11,832 bases of DNA from Amoeboradix gromovi X-113 (lineage: Eukaryota > Fungi > Sanchytriomycota), in NCBI GenBank assembly GCA_018985225.1, contig JADGIF010000281.1, positions 1 through 11,832 of the forward strand, written 5' to 3'. The notes beneath the pieces are model-generated. The model saw only the letters and a program-made list of their open reading frames with translations. It made no database searches and was not told the origin of the DNA. Position numbers and translations under genes: made by a program. Positions 8,363-11,832 of the stretch are shown here, one piece after another. Positions within the stretch are counted from its first letter, which is position 1; each line of letters starts with the position of its first letter.

Positions 8363-9319
8363 CAAAACATCCCTATGGATTATTACAAGAAATTGTGTAT
8401 TGAAAATTCTGAAGTCCTAGAAAACCAAGAATTTCCGCAGAGAAAGTAGCAATTACAGTCGCTACGTTACAGTGGTTTCTAAAGCTTCCATTTCACTGAG
8501 GCCGGATTGAACTAGGATGCATATAATTTCATGTTTCTTGCTACCATATGGTTGCAATTTGCTTCCTTATGTCTGCTAATGCATATGAATGTCTCCAGAT
8601 CTGCTTTTCCAAAGTTGAGCACATATTGCAAGTCTACAGCTAGTCAAACCTGCAACCAGACATTCTAGAGCAAGTCATGAATTTTATTGAATAAACCATT
8701 TATCTAGAGTGCGGTTTTTTTATATAAATAATCTTCTTTTCTAGATACTTCGAATGGAATAAAAATAAAATGTCCCAGCTATTCATCAATGACAAGTATT
8801 TCTACACCTCGCAATAGTGAACATGTAAGGCCTAGAAAAAGAACTAATAGATAGTATACACTCTTCGACACTGAGAAGCAGGTGTGGTAAAAGATCGTAT
8901 GGCAACAGGAAATGTACAAACCAAACACATGCATCCTACTTCATTTCCACCTTAGGGTAGTGAAAAGTGAACAATTACTGTAATGGAGAAATTAATTTCT
9001 CTTTGGAAATTCTCGATTTTCTCGGAAATCACGTCTTTTAATGAGGAGTTCTATACTTTGGGGAAAATATGACAAGGTTCAAAGTCAGCATAACAGAATG
9101 GTAGCACATCTATTAACCCTGGTTTTTAGGTAATAAATGAGATTTCTTAACACAAACTAATTGATCTAGTTCCAACTGCGGGCGTCCTATCTAATCCTCT
9201 CTTCTATCTCGAAAGTAAAAGCTGAATTAATAGTCACAAACGTCACTGCAATAGGTTCAGAAACGAGTCTTTGTTTGATTTGTCTAAAAGTGGCTCGATT
9301 TTTTCTCAAACATCCCGTC

Positions 9320-9997
9320 ATGGAAAATCTAAACCAGTTATCGCATCCCTCAAGTAACCAACCAGCAGGAAGCGGGTTACAGCAACAAATACCGAATCAG
9401 CAAATGATACACCCACAAATGTTAACTCAGCAAATAGTGTCTAACTTCTGGAGCAGTGTAATATTTGAGATCGAGCATGGTAACATGGATTTTAAATTAC
9501 ATGCATTTCCTTTGGCGCGTGTCAAAAGGGTTATGAAGCTTGATGATGATCTTAAGCTTATGATTTCATCTGAAGGACCAATGTTATTTGCTAAAGCATG
9601 TGAAATTTTTATTGCTGAACTTACCACCCGAGCCTGGATGCACGCAGAAGAAAACAAAAGACGGACGCTACAAAGAAGTGACATTTCTTCAGCTATATCT
9701 AAATCTGATCAATACGACTTTTTAATCGATATTGTTCCACGTGATGACATAAAAGGATTTCAAGTTATGAAAGAAGAAGGCTTTTATGGACAGCAGGCAG
9801 CACCAGCTACTCAGTTTCCGTTCTTACCACCTAATCAAGCAAACCCGCAACAGCAACAATATGGATACTACTGGGATCAACAACAGCAGTCCCAGCCTCC
9901 CTTGCAGTCCAACCCATACTCGATATCAGGACCTCCTCCACCTGCAGATGACCAATATTTCGTTGCGAGCGAATCCGATCAAACTAGTGATAAATAA
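9320..9997 (+). CDS. HAP5: CCAAT-binding factor subunit NF-YC/Hap5 (histone fold), 225 aa
   Basis: [10 protein letters not shown]...[62 protein letters not shown] is the NF-YC core, with Q/P-rich termini. The first ATG is at 9320. Confidence 0.95.
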   Translation: MENLNQLSHPSSNQPAGSGLQQQIPNQQMIHPQMLTQQIVSNFWSSVIFEIEHGNMDFKLHAFPLARVKRVMKLDDDLKLMISSEGPMLFAKACEIFIAELTTRAWMHAEENKRRTLQRSDISSAISKSDQYDFLIDIVPRDDIKGFQVMKEEGFYGQQAAPATQFPFLPPNQANPQQQQYGYYWDQQQQSQPPLQSNPYSISGPPPPADDQYFVASESDQTSDK

Positions 9998-10010
9998 ACA
10001 AATGAATGTT
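9993..10010 (+). terminator. Putative 3'-end signal: AATAAA overlapping the stop plus AAATGAATGTT
   Basis: The same 11-mer recurs at 11640-11650 right after the kinase stop. Confidence 0.5.
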
Positions 10011-10160
10011 TTACTCTATTTAGTGTCTCTTTTTTAACTCATTTCATCATAAGCGTATAATACCGTGATGAGATAGTTGTTATATAATTAGACGTGCCAT
10101 TCTGCAACGCGGTTTATCCCTTTGGTTTGTACACTCCAAAACTAGGAGTTGTAAGAATTG

Positions 10161-11638
10161 ATGCTGTCAGAAAATCGAAATATTCCAGTCACTCTGAAAT
10201 CTGGTATTCTAGGCTTTTCGCAGCGTCGTTATGTTTTTTTGAAGAATGATTCACTTAGTATTCATAAAAGAAAGGATTGTTTGGATCATCCGGTAGTACT
10301 TTTATTTTTTGAAGATGTGGACTACATTGAAAGGACGGACCAACTAGATGTGACTTTGCATTATAAAGATAGGGGCAATGATAAGAAATTAATTTTGACT
10401 TGCGAGGAAGAAGATGACGTCTTCTTGCTAATGGAGAGTAAGAACGAAATTTCAATGCCCAGCCATTTCAAACATTTATGTCATGTTGGATACAACGCAG
10501 AGAACGGTGAGTTTTCAGGGTTGCCTTCGCATTGGCACCAACTGTTAAAAGGCTCAAAGATAAACAAACAAGATGTTGAAAAGGATCCTCAGAACGTTCT
10601 GAATGTCCTGGAGTTCTACACGAAAGATCACAATGACTATAAAATGCTCAAACAGGATTCCATTCCAGTTGCCAATAATCGTCAAAAACCTCCAACTGTT
10701 CCTCGTCGTAAACGTAAAATGACTTTTGAAGAAATGGTTAGTCAACTGGTCCCATTGTGCAACCCTACAGATCCCCACAAATGTTATACGCTAATAAGGA
10801 AACTTGGTCAAGGTGCTAGTGGCTCTGTATATTTAGCTAAATACGCAAATCGTCACAATTCAAAGTCAATGGCCATAAAACGAATTCATCTTAAAAATCA
10901 ACCGCGTAAAGAGCTCATTATCAACGAGCTTAATATAATAAAATCTTTTCAGCACCCTAACCTAGTTGAATTTATTGATTCCCATTATCTAAAGGGAGAT
11001 TTGTATGTTGTGATGGAGTACATGAATTGCTCTCTAACAAATTTAATAGACTATCAATCAAAACACCATAGCAAGCCGTTCACTGAGCCTCAAATGGCTA
11101 GCATAATTTACGAGACCTTACAAGGAATCGCATTTTTACATTTAAAGCAAGTTATTCATAGAGATATCAAAAGTGATAACATTCTGTTGGATGGCTTTGG
11201 AAATATAAAACTCAGTAATTTCTTTTTAATTTAGCTGATTTCGGATTCTGTGCACGAGTTAATCGCCAAGATAGAAGAGCGACAATGGTAGGAACACCAT
11301 ATTGGATGGCACCAGAGGTAATAAAACAGAAGCAATATGGATTTAAGGTAGATTGCTGGTCATTGGGTATAATGCTTATTGAAATGCTGGAGGGCGAACC
11401 ACCCTATTTACAAGAAGAACCCCTAAAAGCACTTTATTTGATAGTTACAAATGGAACCCCACGCTTAAGGAGGGCTAATAGCGTAGGGATATTAACAACA
11501 GAGTTCTTAGCTTGCTGTTTAGAAGTAGACGTTAATTGTAGATGGTCATCAAAGGAATTACTGAATCACGAATGGTTAAAAAGTAGGATAGATATACAGC
11601 AAATAGGGCACTTGGTAGAAAAGTTATCAAAAAATTAA
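10161..11638 (+). CDS. CLA4: p21-activated kinase, Cla4/Skm1 type (PH-CRIB-kinase), join(10161..11214,11235..11638), 485 aa
   Basis: PH-like start ([14 protein letters not shown]), [19 protein letters not shown]...FSGLP, and kinase motifs [17 protein letters not shown] and HRDIKSDN. Splicing restores KLTDFGFCA...[14 protein letters not shown]. Confidence 0.92.
11215..11234 (+). other. 20-nt spliceosomal intron (phase 1) in the PAK kinase: GTAATTTCTTTTTAATTTAG
   Basis: Removal yields A|CT GAT TTC GGA TTC TGT (T-D-F-G-F-C), exactly the PAK sequence, and joins two ORFs that are in different frames. Confidence 0.95.
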
Positions 11639-11650
11639 TAAATGAATGTT
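11637..11650 (+). terminator. Putative 3'-end signal AATAAATGAATGTT overlapping the stop codon
   Basis: AATAAA at 11637-11642, plus the 11-mer shared with NF-YC. Confidence 0.5.
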
Positions 11651-11708
11651 ATGTACCTGCTAATATCATGGTGAATCGATGTTATCGAGAATCGGATAAA
11701 AATACATA

Positions 11709-11832
11709 CGGGACATCAAATATAAAAACTGGACTAACTTTCTGTAACAACTTTGAACATTATTTCAGCTTTATTAATTTTATGGATTTAAGAGGCGAGT
11801 GGACATTCAGCTAGTTGCGGAGTTGACGAGTA
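11709..11832 (+). mobile_element. Left end of a TIR element (partial, cut by window end)
   Basis: 11710-11832 matches 6824-6946 at 120/123, ungapped, and is preceded by CATA like the other left end. Confidence 0.95.

Noticed and set aside
8359-8389. Possible intron removing the stop of ORF 7964..8362
   Set aside because: The first AG is 31 nt from the GT, unlike the 20-21-nt introns, and no homology is available to validate it.
9427-10778. ORFs 9427..9684, 9786..10037, 10255..10455, 10554..10778
   Set aside because: Overlap HAP5 or CLA4 in alternative frames or strands, with no supporting features.
1-11832. Circular molecule or LTR pair suggested by repeat sequence at both window ends
   Set aside because: The two ends match different, non-overlapping parts of the element (7145-7312 and 6824-6946). 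The repeat has TIRs, and no gag/pol is present.
1-11832. CRISPR array, tRNA, rRNA or an intact transposase
   Set aside because: No regularly spaced repeats, cloverleaf, rRNA motifs or DDE ORF were recognised by eye.

Overview
Eukaryotic, AT-rich, gene-dense DNA read with the standard code. It is most likely from a zoosporic (flagellated) fungus or close relative with a compacted genome; this is inferred from IFT172 occurring with a PH-CRIB Cla4-type kinase. There are four confidently recognisable host genes: PWP1 (+), IFT172 (-), NF-YC/HAP5 (+) and a CLA4-type PAK kinase (+). IFT172 and the kinase are each interrupted by an ultra-short GT-AG intron (21 and 20 nt). The non-genic DNA contains a family of TIR elements: a right end at 1-163, a complete ~490-bp copy at ~6823-7311, a left end at ~11709-11832, and degenerate ends at 7863-7889 and possibly 9154-9189. 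The complete copy holds an unannotated stop-free frame resembling the C-terminal zinc-finger/RuvC-III end of a Fanzor (eukaryotic TnpB-like RNA-guided nuclease). That frame runs into a conserved, hairpin-forming right end (candidate omegaRNA), and both left ends are preceded by CATA. Further decayed Fanzor1-like coding relics lie in the 3.5-kb gap between IFT172 and NF-YC. All Fanzor assignments come from by-eye motif recognition and need profile searches. No intact nuclease or transposase gene is present in the window.
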